A stretch of DNA of 61,792 nt, the filler included, from Dirinaria sp. TL-2023a (lineage: Eukaryota): the NCBI GenBank assembly GCA_051941275.1. It is 3 parts of 3 records of this genome, joined end to end, with 100 filler letters (N's around TTAATTAATTAA, not from the genome) between each part and the next. Parts side by side here need not be neighbours in the genome. Positions count along the whole stretch, not along the records: positions 41,327 to 61,792 come from JAVEBF010000284.1; 2 more parts are not named here. One strand, given 5' to 3'. Under the pieces are notes generated by a model. It saw only the letters and a list, made by a program, of their open reading frames with translations, was not told the origin of the DNA and made no database searches. The first letter of the stretch is position 1, and the number at the start of each line of letters is the position of its first letter. Position numbers and translations under genes: made by a program. Of this stretch, positions 51,411 through 61,792 are shown one piece after another.

Positions 51411-53306
51411 ATGGCCTCTACGCGTGTCCCTCGCTATGAATTGGAAGATACAAGCCTCACAAGCACGAAAGAGCTCCGTGGGTGGTTTAGCTATGGAATG
51501 GCAGCAGAGATTTTTGCTGTCTGTGGTATTGGTCAGTTTTCAGTTTACCGCATCAGCATATGCTAACTAGACGTCTGATCAAGGCTCTTTTCTCCCCGTG
51601 ACATTGGAGCAACTCGCGCGCGAACGAGGCGTGCTGTGGTCAGACAAGACTACTTCTTGCGTCACGAGTGTGAAAGATCCAGAGAAAGTTCGAGCTCTCA
51701 GGCATTCCTTAGTGAAAAGAGACGACAGCCAATGCATAGTGCAGCCCTTTGGAAAGGAAATCACGACGGCTAGTTTCGCCATGTATACTTTCTCACTCGC
51801 AGTCTTAGTGCAGGCCGCTGTCCTGGTATCTTTGAGCTCATTTGCAGATCATGGTATGAAACTCTCTGCTGTGTTGCGGTTTACAACAACTAATTGCTCG
51901 AAATAGGCAGCCATCGAAAGCGACTACTGCTTGTTTTCGCGTTCACCGGTGCTGTCTCTTGTATGATGTTTATCTTCGTAGTACCGCAACTGTATTTACT
52001 TGGTCCATTGCTCGTTATTATCAGTGTCACTTGCCTTGGCTGCTCTTTCGTTCTCTTGAATTCGTTCCTGCCTCTCCTAACTTCGAATCACCCGGCTCTA
52101 AGTGGCACCGGCGCTGAAGTCAATGGACATCTCACGACAGAATCAGATCCGGATCTTAGAGATGAGCACAGTCATGACCCGACCCGTTCTGATTACCATC
52201 AGAAAGCAGCCAGCGAGTACAACCGAACAGCGCTACGGCTCTCCACAGAAATATCCTCAACAGGTGTAGGTTTAGGGTACTGCGCTGCAGTCTCGATACA
52301 GTGTCTTAGTATCGTGGTGTTGTACACTATAAGCAAGACTCAATCATCGGATTCATCTCCTACATTAGCGCTCCGGGTGGTGCTGCTCATGGTAGGTTGT
52401 TGTTGGGCAATCGGGACTACTCCAGCCGTTTTATGGATTCGTGATCGGCCCGGTCCACCGCTCATGGCCAATCTTCACATAGGCTCAAGTGCTATACGTG
52501 CCTTGCATATCTATGTCTCATTTGCGTGGCGATCACTGTGGGCAACGATCAAGACTGCCGCCAAGCTACGCGAGATGCGCATCTTCTTGATATCCTGGTT
52601 CCTTCTGTCCGATGCTATAGCCACGGTTTCCGGCACCGCCATCCTATTTGCCCGTACCGAACTACACATGGGAACTGTTTCCGTCGCAGTACTCTCCATC
52701 ACAGCCACCAGTTCTGGGATTGTAGGAGCCCTAATCTGGCCGCGCATCTCCGAGCGGTTTCATTGGAGCACAAACCGAACTATCATAGTTTGTCTTCTTC
52801 TCATGGAGATAATCCCAGTATACGGCCTCCTCGGTTTCCTTCCCTTCGTCAAGTCTTGGGGGTTCGGTGGTCTCCAGCAAGGGTGGGAAATTTACCCCCT
52901 AGGCTTCATCCACGGATTTGTTATGGGCGGCTTGTCGTCTTACTGCCGCGCTTTCGTCGGAGAACTGATTCCACCTGGCCATGAAGCAGCATTTTTCGCG
53001 CTGTATGCTGTTACCGATAAAGGGAGCTCCGCAATTGGTCCGGCTGTAGTGGGAGTCATCGTTGATCACACTGGCGGGATCCGGCCCGCCTTCTGGTTTC
53101 TGCTGGTCATGATTGCATTGCCGGTGCCGCTTATCTGGATGGTCGATGTGGAGAGGGGTAAGAAAGACGCCGTGAAGATGTCAGAGATAATGAATAGGGA
53201 CAGCTCCGAAGCGTATGTCATGCAGGATAGGAGGGAAGAGATGGAAGACGAAGGGGAAGAGGAGGGGCAAGGGCTACTGACAACCCATGATCACGCAAGC
53301 CCATAA
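51411..53306 (+). CDS. ATG22: Vacuolar amino-acid efflux MFS protein Atg22
   Basis: ELRGWFSYGMAAEIFAVCG, GSFLPVTLEQLARE, TASFAMYTFS, LLNSFLPLL, WFLLSDA, PPGHEAAFFALYAVTDKGSS; 3 exons. Confidence 0.93.
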
Positions 53307-54729
53307 CACCTTATCTCCTCCATCGGCGCTCAAAACTTATAAGAGCTCATTTTCCGGTTGAATCTTGACGGTTGTTAGCGACAAATTAGACATGTCATCC
53401 GCAAACATATTAACAGGGTGCCGATGCTCAACACTCGACAATGCTCCATCTTGGGTAACTCTTTGCCTTCCTCGCTGTAAGGTTCTACTATATTCTGATA
53501 CCATTTTCTAACCACGCAGCTTCGGACATAATTCAGGTAATATTGTTTCGACTAGCTCTGCTCACGATTGAGTAGATGACTGGACTCTAGAATACAGGAG
53601 TTATGCTAGATTAAAGGACTCTTGCATGGCTTGGGTTGGAAACCTTAGAGATTATTATGACGATGAAAAAGTCTTGAAACTGATGGCTCGGGGAATGGCG
53701 AATCAAATAGAGTTGAGCATTAGTTGATGATGAATTAACTCACAGCTCTTCATATCTGAGATCTTCATGTCCAACAGCAGAAACTGTGGATTTAGTCTTG
53801 CTAAAGAGAATCGCTCACATCAATGAACACATCATAACCCAATATTGTACTTTCAACTCCCTCAGGAGTGAGCATGGGTTAACTCCGACAAAACCTGGAT
53901 AAGCTAAACGCCATGTATTATATAAACGTTTTAGGCGTCAGAGATAAATATCTTGCAATCAATCAAATGATCTTGTTCCTCTTCTAAACATTGTGTATTT
54001 CAAGGGAGTACTTGATCAATCAACAACACCACTGAATAACCATGATCCAGCCCAGAGACAAGGAAAAGCAGCACATTCAGCACCATACATAGATCAACCT
54101 ACAGCTCCAAGCTTTCTTCCTACATGAGAAACTCTTATTATATATACTGATGCTAAGATCTCCGGATCGGGTCCCAATCAGTGGGAACATGCAGCATCTG
54201 ATTGCAGACCATGACTGCAAGTGTATATACTGTATATTTAAAGGATGATATGCCTTGAGATCTTTCTCCAGGATAAGATGATTGCAGAGGAGAGAGTATT
54301 TGCTCCCGCGTCTCTAATACCGTTGCTGGATGAATTAAGCATGTGTTATCCCATTATGAAGCAAAGAGATTTGAGAATAGGTAAGTAAGCCCCGGTCTCT
54401 TTTCGGTTAGCCCCTCAATAAGCGAGCGTGTTTCTTTCCCCTCAAGCCCGTCTTGCAGTGCATCATCTACATCATTGCTTCGAAGGACGCTTCCTCATAC
54501 TCCTGTTTGTTTCCTGCTTATCGCTTGGCTCCCAGCTATCCCTCATTCTGAACTCTACCGCAAAGCCTATCTGGCCTGCTCTCCGATCTCCAACCTGCAT
54601 TAAGCGAGCGGCTTGTACGAGCCCCACCCATTAAGTACTCCAATACCCAGCGAGGGTGAGTCTTCAATGTTTCTCGCGTTATGTATGAAAGTTCATCATG
54701 AAGCTGACCAAGAAACAGTCTTAGCTGAA

Positions 54730-55083
54730 ATGGATCGCCTAAGCCCGGAGATCGTGAGCATGATCCTCAAGGAATGCGCCGACCTCGACACCCTGCACAG
54801 CGCGATCCACGCGTCCGCGACGTTCTACCGCGTCTATCAACTCTTTCGCCCGGATATCTTCAGCCGTGTCACCGCAGCGCATGTGCGGAGCCACAGACTT
54901 GATTCATTCGGGCTGAAATGTCCCCCAATGGATCTTTCCGCAGGCGCCCAGATCCGTCGGCTGCCCATGCTTGAGAATAAATCCAGCAGCGTGCGAAACT
55001 ACCTGCGAATGGTGGATTGCCTGAAGCTTTTACATTTCTCAGATTTAGGTACGTCACATTCTGACATGATGATTTACAGTTGA
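54730..55083 (+). CDS. Small protein with F-box-like N-terminus; 3' structure uncertain
   Basis: MDRLSPEIVSMILKEC.DLDTLHSAIHAS..FY.VY is a typical fungal F-box-like start; possible intron donor at 55048. Confidence 0.55.
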   Translation: MDRLSPEIVSMILKECADLDTLHSAIHASATFYRVYQLFRPDIFSRVTAAHVRSHRLDSFGLKCPPMDLSAGAQIRRLPMLENKSSSVRNYLRMVDCLKLLHFSDLGTSHSDMMIYS

Positions 55084-57203
55084 GCTACCCCTAACAAGAA
55101 CATAGTTTTACACAAAGAGGGTGCTCGATTGAAGAAGAAGAGGAGAGTGAACGCCCCATTCGAAGGGTGTTCCCACCTGTAGGAGCACATCCTTTCCAAC
55201 CTACCCTGTCATCGAAAGCAAGGAGTAGAGAATACGACGAGGGCAGTGGCGGAGCAAACTTCGATAGACTAGCAATGCTGTATGGCCTTAATAAAAGTGT
55301 TTCCTGACTCGACCGATGAGCTTCCGACTTGTGCTCCCCCCTTGCGCAAAGCAGCACAGTTGCAAATACTCCCATTAAGTATATTCCACCTGTGTTTTGT
55401 ATGAACGGGTAATACGAAATCAGATCGATCTATGTACTTTTCGATCTTGCTCACGTATCCTTGCACGGCTGCCCTGGGTCATTTCTCTAGCTTCTTCATC
55501 TTCCTAAACACAAGCAAAAAACAATCAATAAGCGGGCTAGTCTGTGTTGAGCTGGGACAGGCTCTAAGGCCGATACCGCGGATTACCTTCGCAGACATTG
55601 CTCAAAAAGTTCTAGTCTATGACGCGTCCAACTTTCTGCGATCCTTTTTCCTTTCACATACATGAGTGCAATCCTCACATCATCATCATCACGGCGAACA
55701 CTTGCAAAATGCACCCGCGCATCACTTATCTCCTCCCTGGACGGCCGAATTAACAGGGTGTCTCTGAAAACGCAAGTCAATTTGAGTGAGTACTTACATT
55801 ACCACATTATTTGACAAGTAGTTACAGAGCGAGCTATACGTCATAAAAGAGTTCTAAGGGTATATATAAATGGCTGCTGAATGTTGAGCCTGTTGCACTT
55901 TGAGTCTCAATTTCTTGCATTGAGAGCTTGGTAAGCACGCTCTGTTGTGTGACGTGATATGTAGTGTTGCTTTGATCTTATATGTTTCCTTTTTTTTTTT
56001 TACTCGAAGGAAGCGTCGAGAAAATACTGATAGTTGGGAGAGGAATAATGGCCGCTAGGCTATATTCTTTTCTAAGTAGAGCGTGAGGTGAAGTTTTAAA
56101 TCTTCTAGGAATTCGTGCCAGGCTCTGCTGACTCACATGATGAAAGAGCTGCATCGATGCAGAGAAAGTTGGAGGTGGAATATGAATATAAGGTACGTGA
56201 AGAAATAGGGACCATGAGGAAGGCGTCTTATAGTCGCAGCGGGCTAAGCGTTTCAAATCCTTGCGTAATTGTGGCTCGGCAATGTCTCATTCAAACGTCT
56301 TCTATCAAGCTATTGATGCCGGACTCTCGAGACGGAGGAATACTCTTCAGGCATTTTTGCTGATCCTAGGTCCCGGAAAAATTATCGTATTCACTAGAAT
56401 ACTCATACAACGCGGCCTGCAATCCCTGAAATCGGCACTGACGACCAGAAACCCCATTCATCAAATCCCTTTTCTTGTCGAATAACATTCCCTGCAGGCC
56501 CTAAATTCTCACTGCTTCTGCTATCGCAATTGCGTCGCTACATATGTAATCATTCCATGTCTACCTCTCCACGATTAGAAAAGCTTTCAAATGACTGACT
56601 CATGTTCGGTCCTGCACTTCTTTTAATCATCGTCGCTCCGACGGCGTATGTTTGCTCTTATACAGCTTAGTCGTGTGGATAGCAGTAGCTAAACCACGTG
56701 ATAGCCGCGCTGGGCTTCAAAATAACGAGTGATAGGGCTGATCTAGTCATGTCGGTCAATCAGGCTCCGCAAACGAAATGCTTGCCACGCTGCCATTAGT
56801 GAGAACCCTTTTTTCGCTCGATTTAAGTACGAAGATGACTTGCTTTCTCAGGAGAACAAATCAGTTGTGCTTTGATATATCGACAAGAAGTGCAATATAT
56901 TATTTAACCTCGGTCATAGTAAAGAAGTAAGTGTCTGGAAACTCCTATGTGTTCTCGATGAAGGAACAGTGTTCCACCTGAGAGCGCAGGTCCAAATGAG
57001 GCTTGATACTACACTCCACTCAGTCTTTTTTGAAAGCCAAAACCAAAATTCATGATTTCTTATATTCTTTTAGACACATCTCGATTACTCAGGCTTGAAT
57101 CCTGCTTCCGAAGGACTTGTTCTGAGACAAGCGAGTTTTGAGAGCAAACTCAGAAGGTGAGGAACAAGATATTGAAGTAACACTACCATATTCAAAGCCC
57201 AAA

Positions 57204-58181
57204 TTACTTATATGCCCAGCGAACCGCGGCACTAGTAAACACCAGCATGCCTAGAAGGAGGGACACATTTCTTTTCGCCGTTCGAATGTGAGAGACTCTC
57301 CTCTTGTTGATCGTGGCCATGAACGCTGGCGGTGCGTTTCCATTTGGGAATGGTACCTGCGGCACCGGTTGACCGAGGAATTCACACAGTGGTTCCCTTT
57401 CCTTCCGGTCATTACAGCTGCGCAGAAAGTTCAAAATTGTGAGACTCACCAGCCGTCCTCGACTGCCCAAGAAAGATAACGTTCACTGTTTGGACCTCCT
57501 AACATCTCCTCGAGCTTGCGATAATGTTCTCTATATACCTCCTTCCCATGCTTCTCAAAGCTGCCCCTAAAGAAGTCGTTGACTATGCGCATAGTGAATT
57601 GCCTGAGCCAAAAGTAGTCGGCGCAAAACAGAGCCAGGGCTTTGAGCCAGTAATTGTCTCGAAGCACCTTGCAGAGCGTCTCGCGGAAGCTCCGGTCCCA
57701 CGCGTCGATATCCTTGCGGCGGTTCAGAATTATCTATCACGATTTCTTTAATATCTATTTCTCGACACCGCAGAGTGGACTCTTGCAAGGTTTTGAAAAA
57801 AACGAGACTCTGCTCTACCTTTGCATCAGGATATGCAGCGATCATATCCTCCGCGAGCATGTTACATGGCACATCAGTCACCGCTTCAAAATCTCCAATG
57901 ACTCGATCTAGCTCTTCTCTTGGAATACTGGCCCCTTCTTGCATTTTCCGGTCAATCAATCTACACCAAGTCACGCTGTAACTGCCAGTTGTTTCAAAAC
58001 CGTGGTACACGCCCTGATATCCCAGTTCCCCAAGAGCGAGTTTGAGCGACTCCGTCCCGCATCGTGACAGCCCCAGAGCCAGAACGCGCATGGGCCGAGT
58101 CCGGGTTTTGGAAGGTTCAGGGACGGTGTAGAGGAAGGAGAAGGGAGGGTAGCAAAGGATGGAGAGAAGGGTTCTCTCCAT
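57204..58181 (-). CDS. P-loop sulfotransferase-family (Sulfotransfer_4-like) protein with C-terminal TM
   Basis: MRVLALGLSRCGTESL..AL..LGY..YHG, AVTDVP, AYPDAK/IILN.R, EDGW/EPLCEFLG.PVP..PFP; 3 exons. Confidence 0.88.
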
Positions 58182-59803
58182 GATTATCGAACGTTTCTGT
58201 GCGAAGCAAACGACTCGGGAAGGGGTATTATTTATTATAGGGCGTTTAATCTAGGTTCTGAACCAGCTACTTATTTTCGCATCCGCACAGCGCCGCTGCG
58301 TCTGTCCATTCTTAATTCGAGAAATCCAGGAGAAATTGAGGGCCGTACGTAAGTTCGGGAGTAAAGCGAAGACGTGGATTGTTCATTGACAGGATACCCG
58401 GCTGAGTAAACAAAATATACATAGACTTCGTAGCTACTGACTCGACGAAGAAAGTCACCGAGTAAAATTGATAGACTGTAGACATCCATGGTTTCGGACC
58501 GTTCTTGAATCCTTAAATACTGCACATCCGCACGTCTCCGGGAGTTAGCTTGAATCTTGATTTTCTGACAAGCTTTCCTTCGTAAGCTTTGCTCGATTGA
58601 TTGAAGTCGTCGTGTCTGAGGATCCAACATAGAAGGTTCGCTCTGCTGCTAGATTCGAAAGGGTTTATGCGTGATCGAGGGTGAATTTCACCATTCTGTG
58701 ATGATAAGAGTATTGCTTGGAAATTCTTGCCGTATCCTAGAACTGATTTTCTAGACCGACGCTGCCAACTGAATCTTTTTATTCGATTACAGTTTCGGCA
58801 TCTCAATAATTTCTTTCTCAAACTTCCTGGAATGTTGAGAAAACTTTGCATCACGATGAAGCTGGCTAAGAAAAAAAAGGAGTGCATCACGTGACTATAA
58901 CAACAACCCTAACCCTGAGAATGGCAGTTTGATGCAGGACGAAAGATTCCCGGTCGTAACTTCAAATAGTGGTCGTGAACTTTGAAGGATCACTTATCTG
59001 GCATAGTAGATCCTAGCCATCATCTGTTACTGCGCAAGTCTATGAAGACATGTTTCATCATGGTGCGCGATGAGCTAAGGTACCGCATTTTCGCTCCTAA
59101 GTATACGACCCGGGCTACCCAATCCCTCCATGTGCTGGAAAAACAGCTCCAGTGCTACGAATACTCACCCTCTTTCATCTTCCCCTTTCTTCGGCAGCGT
59201 CTCCCTGCTTTTCACAATCGGTGCCGGGATATACTTCGCCGCAGGGCTCTAGAAACATTATAACCATTATCTAGCCCAGGCCATCGTGGGCTTGGAGGAT
59301 TTCCCGGGTCTCATCCTCTTCCATCGTGCCGCATCGACCTTTCAAGTATAGATGACTTGATCAGCTCAATCGGGTCACAGCCACTTTTTAGGTTGAAGAA
59401 TCAGAGATTCTAGGGAGTGGCCAATATTTTCGTCGATGTTTCCGTGAGACTGATCTCAGTTTCGCAATTACAATCAAGGCTAGCTCTACCTTGACGGGCA
59501 CTTGGACTAATAAGCCCTCGAGATGAGTATGTGATGGAAATTCGGTATGAAAATTATCTATAAACAATACTTGAAGGGCAAAACTATGTACATTGTACAA
59601 ATGTGAAGTCCGGCCAGAGCCGATTGCCTATATCCTTCCATGAGTACGAGCAAGGAAGCTCACTGGTAGCTTAAAGTCTAAGAGTTTGCAAAAACAGAGT
59701 GCTTCTAGGACATTGCTAAAGCTCGACAACTCCTCTAAAAAGACTAAAAATGTACCAACAAAGAAGCAAAAGCTCAAAACAGGGGAAAAAAGACGGCGAG
59801 CAC

Positions 59804-61312
59804 CTAAAGTGAAACTTCCTTTCCGAGACCCAGGTCTCGATCACTCGTTACAAACCCTTTATCGTCGTCGCCAGCTGCGATGCTCGCCTTCCTCTCGTCT
59901 CTTCGAACATCTCCAATTGTGCCATCCTGATCCTGATAACCGATCTTCGTCTCCCGGAATCCATCCAATTCTTTCGCATAGAGCGTATTCAGGAAGATTG
60001 GAAAGGCGAACGCGACGGAGAACCCAATGAGGGGAACACACATGGCGATATGGTAGCCCTTGTGATCGGCGACCAACCCTGTCAAACTCGGGAAGAGCGC
60101 TCCACCCGAGACGGAGGCGACGACCCAAGAAGAGCCGCGTTTGGTGTGGCGGCCCAGACCGCGGATGGAGAGCGTAAAAATGGTAGGGAAGACGCAGGAT
60201 TCGAAGAAGAGGACGAGAGTCAGGACAGCAACGCCGCCCTCACCGCGCGCACCCATGGAAGCGGCGATGAAGATCATGACGCCTGTCATGAACACCATGA
60301 GCACCCAGCGAGGCTTCATGATCATCATCAGGCCCGCGGCGGCGAACCGTCCAATGGCAAACAGACCTTGGCCAATCGCATACCGATCCGAGCCGGCGGA
60401 GTCGCTGATGTTAGCAGACTCGACGCTGTACTTGATAAACTGGCTCGCGACACCGACTTGAGCGCCGACGTAGCAGAACTGCGCGGCCACACCGAAGAAA
60501 AGCTTGTACTGCTTGCGAAGGGGCCGATCCGCGAATCCGGTAAGGTTAGAAGACTGCTCGGCCTGCAGCGCCATGTCCGCATCCGTGACTTCAGGGATGG
60601 GCGAGAAAAAGAAGATGACGGCGAGGAGGAACACGAACGCCGCGATACCGAGGTATGTCCACTGCACGTTACTGAGGTCGGTGGAATCAGTATTCTTGAA
60701 AAAGACCCGCGACGCCAGCAAGGGGGCCATGACGGATCCGATGGCCTGGAAGGACTGGCTGAGCTCCAACCGGAACTCGGAAAGACGCGGGGGACCGCAG
60801 GTCGCGATGAACGGGTTCGCGCTGGTTTCCAGCGTCGACAGACCCGATCCGACGATGAACAGGGAGCCGCAGAAGCCGCCAAAGGAGCGATACACGGCCG
60901 ACGGCCAGAACATGAGCGCGCCGACGCCGTAGATGCACAAGCCGGTGATGAACGTCCAGCGGTACCCGAATTTCCGCACCACCCACCCGGAATACGTGGG
61001 CGGGCCGATGAGGTAGGCGCCGAAGTAGGCGCCCTGCAGCCCGCCCGCTTTGGCGGCGGTGATGTTGAGCGAGGTCTGGAATTTGGCGTTCAGCACGTCC
61101 AGGAGGCCGTAGGCGAAGCCCCAGAGGAAGAAGAGCACCGTCACCAGCGCGATGGGGATGATGGATTGTCGCACCGTCAGCGCCGAAGCACCAGTCAGCC
61201 CTTTGTTGGAGATGGATTTCCGGTGCTGCTGTGCAATGGCCTCTGTGTTGGAGGGGCGGCGCTGGTCGAGGACCTCGGTGATGGAGGGTTCTTCTTTGGA
61301 AAAGAGACCCAT
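59804..61312 (-). CDS. FucP-type MFS sugar:H+ symporter (L-fucose/glucose-galactose family), intronless
   Basis: LFFLWGFAYGLLDVLN, AYFGAY, GLSTLETSANPFI, AQFCYVGAQV, FESCVFPTIF, GLGRHTKRG; 502 aa. Confidence 0.93.
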   Translation of the reverse strand: MGLFSKEEPSITEVLDQRRPSNTEAIAQQHRKSISNKGLTGASALTVRQSIIPIALVTVLFFLWGFAYGLLDVLNAKFQTSLNITAAKAGGLQGAYFGAYLIGPPTYSGWVVRKFGYRWTFITGLCIYGVGALMFWPSAVYRSFGGFCGSLFIVGSGLSTLETSANPFIATCGPPRLSEFRLELSQSFQAIGSVMAPLLASRVFFKNTDSTDLSNVQWTYLGIAAFVFLLAVIFFFSPIPEVTDADMALQAEQSSNLTGFADRPLRKQYKLFFGVAAQFCYVGAQVGVASQFIKYSVESANISDSAGSDRYAIGQGLFAIGRFAAAGLMMIMKPRWVLMVFMTGVMIFIAASMGARGEGGVAVLTLVLFFESCVFPTIFTLSIRGLGRHTKRGSSWVVASVSGGALFPSLTGLVADHKGYHIAMCVPLIGFSVAFAFPIFLNTLYAKELDGFRETKIGYQDQDGTIGDVRRDERKASIAAGDDDKGFVTSDRDLGLGKEVSL

Positions 61313-61509
61313 GATGGCGATTTGTAGGATGCGAGCCGGTTTCTAGTCTTGATGGAGGCAAAAGAATCAAGTATAATCTGCTGAAGGTAGTGATGATTGA
61401 TGTCTTGATTGCTTGGAAGAAGCACCTCGATCTTGTTGATGAAAGAAGACATAATGATGGGAGGAATAGAGGTCTTTATATATTCAAGCCCGGAGAAGAG
61501 ACACAATAG

Positions 61510-61549
61510 ACCTACCTATACCTACCTACCTACCTACCTACCTACCTAC
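61510..61549 (+). repeat. (CCTA)n microsatellite
   Basis: About 9 near-perfect CCTA units upstream of the FucP gene. Confidence 0.85.
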
Positions 61550-61792
61550 TATGAAAAATAGAAAAAAAAAAAAAGCTATACTCTACCTACCTTCAAGACC
61601 CCTGGCAAGCAACCTTATTCCATGGTTCTGGAAGCCTGCTAGCGTCACCGTAGAGCGACTTAGGGCGTCTAGTGACGAGGTCATCATGCCCGCCAAGCAG
61701 CGCTGCCACCAGTGGTGGCTTGATAAATGCCTCACTCAAAGGAAGGGCTATTTCCATTGGTTCATATGTGCTAGGTATTGTTTTGGTGACTT

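Noticed and set aside
13192..53306. ATG7, Lst4-like and ATG22 as an autophagy/TOR gene cluster
   Set aside because: They are far apart, ATG7 is separated from the others by two artificial contig joins, and unrelated genes intervene.
58905..58916. Telomere-like AACCCTAACCCT
   Set aside because: Only two units; expected by chance.
60050..61370. Several long overlapping ORFs (up to 425 aa)
   Set aside because: By-products of GC3 bias in the FucP gene; no protein motifs.
1..61792. CRISPR arrays, rRNA genes, intact transposons, PKS/NRPS
   Set aside because: None seen; this is eukaryotic nuclear DNA with no regular repeat-spacer arrays or such domains.

Overview
Intron-rich genomic DNA from a filamentous ascomycete (Pezizomycotina; a lichen-forming lineage is plausible but unproven). 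Three contigs are joined by two artificial 100-bp spacers (44 N + TTAATTAATTAA + 44 N) at 20570-20669 and 41227-41326. Contig 1 is mostly housekeeping: a truncated tRNA 3' half with an apparent UCA anticodon, a 56-aa Cys-rich gene with a micro-exon, OST3, a coiled-coil protein, HIS7, DCD1, a P450 with an in-frame TGA, ATG7, MRM2 and MPE1. Contig 2 looks accessory: two adjacent type-I membrane genes each carrying a different single Rax2-like ectodomain, a ~400-bp fold-back, an SDR / epoxide hydrolase / sugar MFS / methyltransferase / P450 group, a frameshifted DUF7924-like gene and an aspartic protease. Contig 3 holds an Lst4/FNIP-like gene, a small secreted Cys protein, a Mid2-like sensor, decayed gene relics, ATG22, an F-box-like ORF, a P-loop sulfotransferase-family gene and a FucP-type transporter. 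All family calls come from motif recognition by eye; no database search was run. Multi-exon coordinates give gene spans.
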